Assembly: GCA_051418015.1 (NCBI GenBank)
Contig: JBPRGF010000023.1
Location: forward strand, 247,695-311,694
Source: Candidatus Nitrospinota bacterium M3_3B_026
Lineage (GTDB): Bacteria; Nitrospinota_A; UBA7883; JBPRGF01
DNA: 64,000 nucleotides
Reading direction: 5' to 3'
Shown here: one piece after another, positions 1 to 9,059 of the stretch
How the letters are laid out: each line of letters begins with the position of its first letter
How positions within the stretch are numbered: position 1 is the first letter of the stretch
The notes under the pieces: model-generated
Seen by the model: the letters and a program-made list of their open reading frames with translations, nothing else
What the model was told of the DNA's origin: nothing
Databases searched by the model: none
Position numbers and translations under genes: made by a program

Positions 1-1777
1 CCCCGCCGTCCTTTCAGGGAAGAAGGTGGCCGTCTCCACGGGCACGAAGAACCTCCAGGAACAGCTTATAGAAAAAGACATACCGATCCTCCAGAAACTC
101 TTTCCCGGCAGGTTCCAGGCCGCCGTGATGAAGGGCCGCGGCAACTACCTTTGCAAACGGCGTTTCAAAAACTTCGCCCAGCAGCCGCTCTTCCGGGAAG
201 GCGGCGAGGCGAAGTTTTTCAGCCTTATCCAAGACTGGGCCATGAAAACCGCGACGGGCGACCGCGCGGAGATAGAGGGCCTGCCGGACGACTACGCGGC
301 GTGGGGGGAGATGAACTCGAAGTCCGAACTGTGCCTCGGCCAGGCCTGCCCCACCTTCAGCTCCTGTTTCATCACAAAGATGCGCGCCGAGGCGGCGGTA
401 GCGGACATCGTCGTCGTGAACCATCATCTCTTCTTCGCCGACCTGAACGTGCGCGAGGCCGCCTTCGGCGAGGTGATCCCCCGCTGCGACGCGGTGATAT
501 TCGACGAGGCGCACCAGGTGGAGGAGACGTCGATGAGCTACTTCGGGCAGGCCATATCGAACCACCGCGTGGCCGACGCCGTCCGCGACGCGGAGAGGGA
601 GCTTCGCGCGGCGGGCCTTTCGGACCCCGACGCGGCGGCCCTCCTCGCGAACCTGGCACGCCGCTCCCAGGAGTTCTTCGACCTCTTGCGGGGGGCTGGG
701 GGCAGGCGCAGGCTCACGCATAAAGAGGTCGAGGCGGTGTCCGAGGCGTCCGGCGTCCTTCTGAACACCCTCAGCCTCGTCAGCGATTTTCTGGCCTCCA
801 CGGTGAAGGGGCCGGACGCTGTGAAAAACCTGTCCATGCGGTTTTCGGAGCTGGCGGAGCTGCTCTCGGAGATACTCTCCCTGGAGCGGGACGACCATGT
901 CTACTGGGTGGAGAGCAGGGGCTGGGGCGTCTTCCTGCAAAGCTCCCCCATAGAAGTATCAGAGCTTCTGCGGGAGAAGCTTTATCCCGCTTTCGAGTCG
1001 ATCATCCTGACCTCCGCGACGCTCACCACAGGCGGCGGGTTCGGCTTCATGAAGTCGCGGCTCGGGCTTGAGGACGCCGAGGAGCTTTGCGTCGCCTCTC
1101 CTTTCGACTATGAGCGGCAGACGGTTTTCTACGCCCCGGACGACCTCCCGCCCCCATCCTCGCCCGCCTTCCCCGCCCGCGCCGCGGAGAGGATGAGGGA
1201 GCTTCTGGCCGAGACGAACGGGAGGGCCTTCCTGCTTTTCACAAGCTACAGGAACATGGAGAAGGTGAGCCATGAACTTGCCGGCAGGCTGCCCTACCCC
1301 ACCTTGAAGCAGGGAGAAAGCCCGCGCTCTGTCATCCTGAAAAAGTTCAGGGATGGCGAAAACCTCGTCCTGTTCGCCACGACATCGTTCTGGCAGGGGG
1401 TGGACGTGCCCGGCGAGGCTCTCTCGGCCGTGATCGTGGACAAGCTGCCATTCGCTCCGCCGGACGACCCTCTGACGGCGGCCATCATCGAAGCGATCGA
1501 AAAACGGGGCGGCTCGGCGTTCATGGAGTACCAGCTGCCCCTGGCGGCGCTGATGCTCAAGCAGGGGCTGGGAAGGCTTGTAAGAAGCGAGACAGACACG
1601 GGGCTGCTGGCGGTGCTGGACGGAAGGCTCCTTGGCAAAAGCTACGGCAAAATCTTCCTGAAAAGCCTCCCCCCCATCACCGTCCATCGCAGGCTGGACA
1701 ACGTGAGGAAGAGCCTGCGAAAGCTTTGGGGAAAGGGCGCCGCCGAAAAGACGGCGCCGAAACAGGCCCGGCGCTGA
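1..1777 (+). CDS. DinG/YoaA-family Fe-S ATP-dependent DNA helicase (5' end outside window)
   Basis: Frame is open from base 2. Motifs STGTKNLQEQL, KGRGNYLC, Cys cluster CLGQACPTFSSC, VVNHHL, DEAH, SATL, FWQGVD, KQGLGRLVR. Confidence 0.93.
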   Translation, partial: PAVLSGKKVAVSTGTKNLQEQLIEKDIPILQKLFPGRFQAAVMKGRGNYLCKRRFKNFAQQPLFREGGEAKFFSLIQDWAMKTATGDRAEIEGLPDDYAAWGEMNSKSELCLGQACPTFSSCFITKMRAEAAVADIVVVNHHLFFADLNVREAAFGEVIPRCDAVIFDEAHQVEETSMSYFGQAISNHRVADAVRDAERELRAAGLSDPDAAALLANLARRSQEFFDLLRGAGGRRRLTHKEVEAVSEASGVLLNTLSLVSDFLASTVKGPDAVKNLSMRFSELAELLSEILSLERDDHVYWVESRGWGVFLQSSPIEVSELLREKLYPAFESIILTSATLTTGGGFGFMKSRLGLEDAEELCVASPFDYERQTVFYAPDDLPPPSSPAFPARAAERMRELLAETNGRAFLLFTSYRNMEKVSHELAGRLPYPTLKQGESPRSVILKKFRDGENLVLFATTSFWQGVDVPGEALSAVIVDKLPFAPPDDPLTAAIIEAIEKRGGSAFMEYQLPLAALMLKQGLGRLVRSETDTGLLAVLDGRLLGKSYGKIFLKSLPPITVHRRLDNVRKSLRKLWGKGAAEKTAPKQARR

Positions 1778-1965
1778 TCCCCCTCTTCGTCCAAGACCTT
1801 CGCGCAAACAACGTTTTCGCTGCCTTTGCCGTCCCGCGCCGCCAGGCGAGGAACCTCGCCACGGTTGTTTGTCATAACAAAATCAAGGTCCTTCGCTGCA
1901 CCACCGCTCCGCTCAGGGGTCCAGAGGATTTTTTGCCCCACAGGTCCTTTTCACGCAGGCCCACC

Positions 1966-4107
1966 TCATAACCCTCTACCCAGTGGGAACCCAAGGATCA
2001 CTTCCGTCCCTTTACCGGGGCCGCCGCTGTCCATCTCGAATTTTCCGTCGTGGCTTTCCATTATCAGCCGGATGATAGTGAGGCCCAGCCCCATCCCACC
2101 TCCCACGACCCTGCTCTGTCCTGTGGAGTGATGGAGGGGGTCCTCCAGGGAAAAGTATGGCTCCAGCACCTGGCCCCTCTTGTCCGCGGGGATCCCCTCT
2201 CCCTCGTCTTTTATCCTTATGACGACGGACCCGCCCTCCAACACAGCCGAGACCCTGACCACACCACCCCTCGGGGAGTACCTGACGGCGTTTGACACGG
2301 CCTCATCGACGGCGCTCCTGAAAAGACGCCTGTCGCTCAGTATCTTCGCCTCCCTGGCGTCCCCCTCCACGCCCAGGGCGATCGACACCTCCCTGCCCTC
2401 TTTGTCAATGGCCGCGCGGGCGCTCTCCACGCAGTAGAGAAGATCGAAATAATAATCGACGCTCTGAAACCTGTCCCTCGCCGCCGATACGGTCAGGTCG
2501 GATATAAGGGAGGTGGCGTATATGATCCTGTCCAACCCGAAAGAGGACTCTTTCAGAAGGCTCCTTATCTCCTCGAGCTTGTCCTTTTCCCCCGGCGCGG
2601 CCTCGACGCCGTCGAGCATCATCCTCACAAGCTCCAGCTTGGAAAGCGGGGTGCGAAGCTCGTGGGAGGTCACGGCGGTGAAATAGTCCTTGGCGTGAGC
2701 CAGCATGGCCTCGCGGGAGACATCCCTTTTTATCGCCACGAAGTTGATTATCTCCCCCTGGCTGTCGAACACGGGAGATATGGTGTTTTCCTCTTCGTAG
2801 AAGGAGCCGTCCTTCCTCCTGTTCGTCATGTAGCCGGTCCACGTCCTGCCGCCCTTTATCGTATCCCACATCTGGCGGTAGAAATGGACGTCCTGCCGGC
2901 CGCTCTTGAGCATCCTGGGGTTTCTCCCCAGCGCCTCCTCCCGGCTGTAGCCCGTCACCTTTTCGAAAGCGGGGTTCACGTACTGGATGACCCCCTCGGA
3001 GTCGGCTATCATAACCGTCTCCGCGGCCTGCTCCACCGCCGTCATCAGCCGGTCGCGCTCCTCCTCGGCGCGCTTTCTCTGGGTTATGTCGTCCACTATC
3101 CAGATAGAGCCCCTCGAAAGGTCCGAAGGCTCCACCGCCTTGCCGAAAAGCCTGGCCCAGAAAACCTCGCCGTCGAACCTTTTGAGCTTTATCTCGGTGT
3201 CATAGGTGTCCCCCCGCTCAAGCCTCGGATACGCCTCGGCGCCGACCTTCTCGAAACTTTCCGGGGAAATGTGGGCGACCTGCGCCGACAGTCCCTCGGC
3301 TCTCTCCGAGTCCGGGAGGCCGAAAAGCAGCCGCGCCTTCTGGTTGGCCCACACCACTTTCCTGTCCTTCAGGAGGATGATGCCCACGACGGCGTTGTCC
3401 AGCACGATGTCCCTCTCTATCAGCGTCCGCCGCAGCCGCTCCTCCATGGCCTTGCGCTCCATGATATCTCTCATGATGGTGACAACGGCCGGGCCGCCTT
3501 CGTAGACGAAGGGAGCGCAGACCGCCTCCACACTCATTATGGAGCCGTCCAGCCTGAGCATTTCCAGGTCCGTCAGGGGCTGTTTTCCGCCCTCCGCGTA
3601 TGTTTTTTCCAGCCTTTCCATCAAGGGCTGGCGGCTCTCAAAGTCCACGAAATCGATCATGGGCCTGCCGAGGACTCTCTCCGCCGTCCCCGCGCCTAGT
3701 ATCTCCACCAGCGCGGGGTTCGCGTACACGATCTTGCCGCCCGCGGTGATGGCGATGGCGTCCGGGGAGTTTTCCACCAGCCGCCGGTAGCGCTCCTCGC
3801 TTTCACGGAGCTTCTCACCGTACCTCTTGATATCGTTGAAAAGCGGCGCGATCCAGGCTATCCCCAGCAGCATGACCGCTGAGATGGCGAGCGCCACAAG
3901 CTCGGCGTATAAATCTGGCGGATAAGAGATGTCGCCTGATAAAACCCTTAAAAGGGTTATCCCCCTCCTCGCCGCCATCAGCGTGACGGCCAGGGCGATC
4001 AACGACCACGCTACGCGGGAGCCGGTGACCCATATCAACCGCAGGGCGAACAGAGCCGCAAGGAGCTGTAAGATTATGGACAGAAGAAGAACACTGAGCT
4101 CCGCCAA
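1966..4107 (-). CDS. Membrane-anchored multi-PAS sensor histidine kinase
   Basis: About 3 N-terminal TM segments, three PAS/PAC repeats, H-box SHELRTP, N-box SNAVRY, DEGEGI and GMGLGL. Start placed at TTG 4107 behind GGGAGG; the ORF track extends to 4233. Confidence 0.9.
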   Translation of the reverse strand: MAELSVLLLSIILQLLAALFALRLIWVTGSRVAWSLIALAVTLMAARRGITLLRVLSGDISYPPDLYAELVALAISAVMLLGIAWIAPLFNDIKRYGEKLRESEERYRRLVENSPDAIAITAGGKIVYANPALVEILGAGTAERVLGRPMIDFVDFESRQPLMERLEKTYAEGGKQPLTDLEMLRLDGSIMSVEAVCAPFVYEGGPAVVTIMRDIMERKAMEERLRRTLIERDIVLDNAVVGIILLKDRKVVWANQKARLLFGLPDSERAEGLSAQVAHISPESFEKVGAEAYPRLERGDTYDTEIKLKRFDGEVFWARLFGKAVEPSDLSRGSIWIVDDITQRKRAEEERDRLMTAVEQAAETVMIADSEGVIQYVNPAFEKVTGYSREEALGRNPRMLKSGRQDVHFYRQMWDTIKGGRTWTGYMTNRRKDGSFYEEENTISPVFDSQGEIINFVAIKRDVSREAMLAHAKDYFTAVTSHELRTPLSKLELVRMMLDGVEAAPGEKDKLEEIRSLLKESSFGLDRIIYATSLISDLTVSAARDRFQSVDYYFDLLYCVESARAAIDKEGREVSIALGVEGDAREAKILSDRRLFRSAVDEAVSNAVRYSPRGGVVRVSAVLEGGSVVIRIKDEGEGIPADKRGQVLEPYFSLEDPLHHSTGQSRVVGGGMGLGLTIIRLIMESHDGKFEMDSGGPGKGTEVILGFPLGRGL

Positions 4108-4341
4108 GTATCTGCCTCCCCGGGTTCCAGGCTTCTTGACATGATATCGTAAATGACTCTTGTTTTCATAGTATCCTGAGGCGCATTTAAAAAAGAAAAA
4201 TCGCGTCCACTTGGCCATTTTGCATCTTTCCATTGCATCGCGGCGTGGAGGACGTCAAGCTGGGCCGCAAAATCGGGCGGTCTTCTGTTCCCCGAGGGGG
4301 CAAGGTGTGAGAAACTTGTAAAAAACAGGATTGGCCGCCCG

Positions 4342-6999
4342 ATGCCCGACTTGGAGATAATAACCACGCACCTGCACGCCGACTTCGACTGCGTCGCCTC
4401 CATGGTGGCGGCGCGCAAGCTCCATCCCGAAGCCGTGCTTGTCTTCCCCGGATCTCAGGAGAAGAACGTGCGCGATTATCTGGCCGAGGCGGATATCGTC
4501 CTCCAGTCCCGCAGACTCAAAGGTTTGGATTTCAAGGAGATCCGGAAGGTCATAGTGGTGGACGCCTCCACGCGGGAGCGGATAGGGCCCTTTTCGGAGC
4601 TTGTCGGCGGGGAGGGGGTGGAGTTCGAGCTTTACGACCATCATCCCACGGCCAAGATGGACATCCCGGCGAAAAAGGCGCTCATAAAAGAGCGCGGCGC
4701 CACCATCACGATATTCACGGAGATATTCAGGGAGAAGGGGATAGAGATAACCCCCGCCGAGGCGACCCTTTTCGCTCTGGGGCTTTACGAGGACACGGGG
4801 GCGCTGATGTTCACCTCCACCCGCCCGGAGGATTACGAGGCCGCGGCGTGGCTTTTGAAAAAGGGGGCGGACCTGAATGTCGTGTCGGACTACATCAAAA
4901 GGGAGCTCAACGCGGCGCAGATCGACCTTCTGAACAGCCTGCTCAAGAGCCTCGAGGTGAGACGCGTAAGAGGTGTTCCCGTGGCCGTCGCCACCGCCTC
5001 CAGGCCGCGCTACGTAGGGGACGTGGCAAACGTGGCGCACAAGATCATGGACGTGGAAAACCTCGATGTCCTCTTCGTCCTCGTGCGCATGGAGGATCGG
5101 ACGAGCCTGGTGGCAAGAAGCAGGCTGGAGAGCGTGAACGCCGGACTGGTGGCCGAAAAGCTGGGGGGAGGAGGGCATCCCACCGCCGCCTCTGCCAACA
5201 TAAAAAAACTCACCCTTCCCCAGACCATTGACAGGCTCTGGGAGGCGGTGAGCGAGGTGATAGAGCCTGCCCCCATGGCCAGGGACATGATGATAGAACA
5301 GGCGATAACCATCCGCCCCGGCGCGTCCATGACGGAGGCGGAAAGGATGATGACCCGGTACGACATAAACGGGATGCCGGTGACAAGCGATGACAGGCCC
5401 GTGGGGCTCATCACCCGCCAGATAGTGGAGAAGGCCATACACCACGGCATGGCGGATAGCCCCGTGAGTGATTTCATGATAAGCGAGTTCGCGGCGGCGG
5501 CCCCCGACACGCCTCTGCGAGAGCTGATGGACATCATCCTTGGCCGCAGGCAGAAGCTTATCCCCGTGGTGGACAGGGAGACCTCGAAGCTCGTCGGTCT
5601 GGTGACCCGCGGGATGGCCCTGGGCAGGCTCTACGGCGACGCTTTGAAGACACAGCCTGCGCCGATGATCCACGACAGGGCGGCGGGCGGCCCTGGCGCA
5701 AGGAGCGTGGAAGGGATCATGCGCGACAGGCTGCCGGGGCGTATTTTAAGGCTTTTCAAGTTCATAGCGGAAGTCGCCGGCGAGAGCGGGTGCTCGGCCT
5801 ATGTCGCCGGCGGGTTCGTGCGCGACCTGCTGCTGCGCATAGAGAACACCGACGTGGACATCGTGATAGAGGGCGACGGAATAGACTTCGCCAGGAAACT
5901 GGCCGAACGGCTCAAGGGGAGAGTGAGAGCCCACGAGAAGTTCAAGACGGCGGTGGTCGTCCTGCCTGATGGGTTCAAGATCGACGTGGCCACGGCGAGG
6001 ATAGAGTACTACGCCAGCCCCGGCGCGCTGCCCACGGTGGAGATGAGCGCCCTGCGGCACGACCTGTACCGGCGCGACTTCACCATCAACGCCATGGCCA
6101 TAAGGCTCAACGGCCCCAGGCCGAACACGCTGGTCGACTTTTTCGGGGGCCAGGCGGACCTGAAGGACCACGTGATCCGCGTCCTGAGCAATTTAAGCTT
6201 CGTGGAGGACCCCACCAGGGCCTTCCGCGCCGTCAGGTTCGAGCGCCGCTACGGCTTCACCATGGGCAAGCAGACGCTCCAGCTGCTGAAGGCCGCGGTG
6301 AAAAACCAGCTGTTCAACCGCCTGTCGGGAGCCCGCCTCTTAGGGGAGCTGAAGCTGATACTAAGCGAGCGGAGGCCCGCCGGGGCCCTCGCCAGGATGA
6401 AGGAGCTCGACCTGCTCAAGTTCATTCATCCCGCCCTGGATTTCGACGAGGACACGGCCGGGGTCATGGACCGTCTCGACGACCTTCTGGCCTGGGCGGC
6501 CCTGGCCTTTCCGGACTCGCCGCTCGAAAGCTGGATGGCCCGCTTCCTGGCCATGACCTCCAAGCTCGACAACGCGAAAATGACCGAGATGGCCGAAAAG
6601 TTCCCCACGGAGAGAAAGACCATAAATGAGATGATGAGCCTGCGTAAACCCGTCCAGGACGCCCTGGGGAAGATTCAAAGGCGCCGCGACACCCCTCCCT
6701 CGTGGCTTTACAGGCAGCTCAGGCCCATCCGCGCCGAGGGGCTTCTTTTCATGGCCGCGAAGGCCGGGGACGAGCGCGTGACAGACGCCGTCACGGGCTA
6801 CATGACGAAACTGGAGAACACAAAGCCTCTCGTCACAGGCGACGATGTGCTGAGAATGGGCGTCCCCCCCTCCCCCGCCGTCAGGAAGATACTGGAGGAA
6901 ACCTTCGCCGCCCAGCTCGACGGCCGGATATCCTCCAGGGAGGAGGCGTTATTGTTCGCCGAAGGGCTGGCGAAAAAGGAAAAGGCCGCAAAAGGCTAG
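4342..6999 (+). CDS. tRNA nucleotidyltransferase (CCA- or A-adding) with N-terminal DHH/DHHA1 and tandem CBS domains
   Basis: THLHADFD, YDHH, GGGGHPTAASA, CBS pair, GGFVRDLLL...DVDIV, DLYRRDFTINA, EDPTR. Confidence 0.9.
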   Translation: MPDLEIITTHLHADFDCVASMVAARKLHPEAVLVFPGSQEKNVRDYLAEADIVLQSRRLKGLDFKEIRKVIVVDASTRERIGPFSELVGGEGVEFELYDHHPTAKMDIPAKKALIKERGATITIFTEIFREKGIEITPAEATLFALGLYEDTGALMFTSTRPEDYEAAAWLLKKGADLNVVSDYIKRELNAAQIDLLNSLLKSLEVRRVRGVPVAVATASRPRYVGDVANVAHKIMDVENLDVLFVLVRMEDRTSLVARSRLESVNAGLVAEKLGGGGHPTAASANIKKLTLPQTIDRLWEAVSEVIEPAPMARDMMIEQAITIRPGASMTEAERMMTRYDINGMPVTSDDRPVGLITRQIVEKAIHHGMADSPVSDFMISEFAAAAPDTPLRELMDIILGRRQKLIPVVDRETSKLVGLVTRGMALGRLYGDALKTQPAPMIHDRAAGGPGARSVEGIMRDRLPGRILRLFKFIAEVAGESGCSAYVAGGFVRDLLLRIENTDVDIVIEGDGIDFARKLAERLKGRVRAHEKFKTAVVVLPDGFKIDVATARIEYYASPGALPTVEMSALRHDLYRRDFTINAMAIRLNGPRPNTLVDFFGGQADLKDHVIRVLSNLSFVEDPTRAFRAVRFERRYGFTMGKQTLQLLKAAVKNQLFNRLSGARLLGELKLILSERRPAGALARMKELDLLKFIHPALDFDEDTAGVMDRLDDLLAWAALAFPDSPLESWMARFLAMTSKLDNAKMTEMAEKFPTERKTINEMMSLRKPVQDALGKIQRRRDTPPSWLYRQLRPIRAEGLLFMAAKAGDERVTDAVTGYMTKLENTKPLVTGDDVLRMGVPPSPAVRKILEETFAAQLDGRISSREEALLFAEGLAKKEKAAKG

Positions 7000-8060
7000 G
7001 GCCGCTTTCCCGCCGCCTTGACCACCCTGGGCCGCGCCGGCGCTTCCTCTTCCGCGCCCAGCGCGGCGGCGTCCACGCAAGGGAGCCTTCGCAGGCCGTT
7101 TTCCTCGAAGATGCTCTCCTCGTAGCTCATCATGAGCAGCCCGTCCTTGAAATCGCCGATGGCCGGCTCCGGCGCCTCGCCCAGAACCTCCCGCAGTATG
7201 GTCGTGAAAAAGTCCGCCCCCGCCGCCACGGTCAGCTGGATGGCGCCGGAGAACCGGGGATTTATCTCGAAAAAGACCGCCTCGCCGTCCCGCATCTTGA
7301 GCTGCAGGTTTACGGGCCCCACAACGCCGAGCTTTTCGAGTATCGCCCTGCTCAGAGCGATAAGCTTCGGATCCCGCCGCGTCCTGCCCCTGTCGCAGAC
7401 GCCGGAGCGGATGACGATCCTCTCGCGGGGGACGATCGACAATATCCTGCCGTCGAGCCCCGCCAGGGCGTCGATGGTGTACTCCACCCCTTCCAGGTAG
7501 CGCTGGATCACCGGATCCTCGACGTAATCCATGAAAAAGCGCAGCTCCCTTTCATCGCGCACGGGGAAAGCCTTTATGGAGCCTCTGCCCGTCCTAGGCT
7601 TTATGAAAAGGGGATATTCGATACTGTCGAAGTTCACCTCCCCCGGAAGAGTTGTTTCGGCGAAAGGGAAATCGTTCTCCTCGAAAAACCTGGCCGTCAG
7701 GTACTTGTCGTTGCATATGATCCCGGTCCGCTCATCCGACACCAGGACCGTGACCCCGATGGCCTCGAAGCCGTCCTTGCTCCGCCCCAGGATGGGAAGC
7801 TCCTCATCTATGGTGGGGACAACGAGCCTGATCCCCTCCCGCCTGCAGATCTCCATGATCGCGGGGATATAATCGGGCGAGCTTGACAGGGGGACTATGT
7901 GGCTTTTGTCGCAAAACCTCAGGCCGGGCGACAGTTCATCGGTGTCGCAGACCTGCACCTGCCCCCGCAGGCCCAGCCCCCGCAGCGCCCGCGCGAACCC
8001 CCGGATCATGGCGACCCTGCGCGAGGCGGCCGTAATGAGTATGTTGAAACTGTCCGGCAT
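6996..8060 (-). CDS. ATP-grasp protein (carbamoyl-phosphate-synthase-like / PylC-like N-terminus)
   Basis: ITAASRRV, VPTIDEEL, CNDKY, FIKPRTGRGS, EYTID, FEINPRFSG. Confidence 0.85.
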   Translation of the reverse strand: MPDSFNILITAASRRVAMIRGFARALRGLGLRGQVQVCDTDELSPGLRFCDKSHIVPLSSSPDYIPAIMEICRREGIRLVVPTIDEELPILGRSKDGFEAIGVTVLVSDERTGIICNDKYLTARFFEENDFPFAETTLPGEVNFDSIEYPLFIKPRTGRGSIKAFPVRDERELRFFMDYVEDPVIQRYLEGVEYTIDALAGLDGRILSIVPRERIVIRSGVCDRGRTRRDPKLIALSRAILEKLGVVGPVNLQLKMRDGEAVFFEINPRFSGAIQLTVAAGADFFTTILREVLGEAPEPAIGDFKDGLLMMSYEESIFEENGLRRLPCVDAAALGAEEEAPARPRVVKAAGKRP

Positions 8061-8391
8061 CTGTCGTTACCTAGCGTTCAGTCCCCTGATTAGCTGAAAA
8101 ACCCGGAAAAGCGTACCGAAGCGCAAACGGCCGAGTAAAGACTCGCCCGGGCGAAGCGAGCCCGGCAGGCGTATAAAAATACCCGCCCGCGCCGGGAAGC
8201 TCCAAAATTTTCGGCGCTTAACAACCGTTTTGGCGCCTCCCGTGTATAATATTAGATATCGACATATACAGGCAATTACTTTATGAGCCGCGCGGCGGGC
8301 GAAACATTCTATAAATAAACGCCTTAGGCCGACGCAAAACAAAAAACAGGCGGACAAAAAATTGGCAGACAGAAAAGGAAGGGATCAATAC

Positions 8392-8883
8392 ATGACGAAC
8401 CTTGTCTATCAGAAGGTTGGAGTCTTCATCGACGCCGAGAACGTCGAGCTTTCCGGATACAACATCTTCGGCGGGCGGACAAACTACGCCCTGCTGATCG
8501 AGGAGATAGGCCGGCGGGAGATCACCCGCATCATATATTACAAACCCATACACAAAACCATAAGTGACGACTTCAGGCGGTTCTGGACGAGCATGGGCGG
8601 AGAGATAAAACAACCGATAAAAAACGCCGACGCCTGGCTTGCCATAGACGCCGTCACCCTGGCCGACAAGCTGGACGTGGTGGTGCTGGTCGGCGGTGAC
8701 AAGGATTACCTGCCCCTCGTGTGGTACCTCAAAAACCGCGGGTGCAAGGTGGAGATATGGTCCTACCCGGAGACATGCTCCGACATGATGCAGGAGGCGG
8801 CGGACCTGTTCGTCCCGCTGGACGGACGGTTCACCATCCAGGACAGGCCAGGCGGGCGCGTTCGCCAGCTAAAAAAGACTTGA
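8392..8883 (+). CDS. NYN-domain (LabA/DUF88, PIN-like) protein
   Basis: VFIDAENV, AD..LAID, LVGGDKDYLPLV, GCKVE, ADLF. SD-like GGAAGGGA upstream of ATG 8392. Confidence 0.88.
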   Translation: MTNLVYQKVGVFIDAENVELSGYNIFGGRTNYALLIEEIGRREITRIIYYKPIHKTISDDFRRFWTSMGGEIKQPIKNADAWLAIDAVTLADKLDVVVLVGGDKDYLPLVWYLKNRGCKVEIWSYPETCSDMMQEAADLFVPLDGRFTIQDRPGGRVRQLKKT

Positions 8884-8908
8884 CTTGCGCACATGGACAT
8901 AATATAAA
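8880..8908 (+). promoter_or_regulatory. Putative sigma70 promoter for the M23 peptidase gene
   Basis: TTGACT-17 nt-TATAAA. Confidence 0.5.
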
Positions 8909-9059
8909 ACAGCGCCAAGGCAACCGGGGCCAGACCCCGGCTGAACCGCGGCGCGGATGAGGGGTAGTCACTGGCTCGCCGGGATGCGGCGCAGGCTTCG
9001 CCGCGTGCGTGAAGACTGTTTTTTTCGGTTCGAACTGGGGGCCGATCTCTGGGGACGTT

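Noticed and set aside
4205..4230. Possible sigma-54 promoter (TTGGCCATTTTGCA)
   Set aside because: The GG-to-GC spacing is too short for a -24/-12 element.
8290..8345. GACGCAAAAC resembling the c-di-GMP-I riboswitch core
   Set aside because: The upstream GGCAAA/GNRA stem and the downstream paired region are missing.
1..8883. DinG helicase and NYN nuclease as a defence or type IV CRISPR system
   Set aside because: No cas genes or repeat-spacer array. The two genes are not adjacent and both look like ordinary housekeeping family members.
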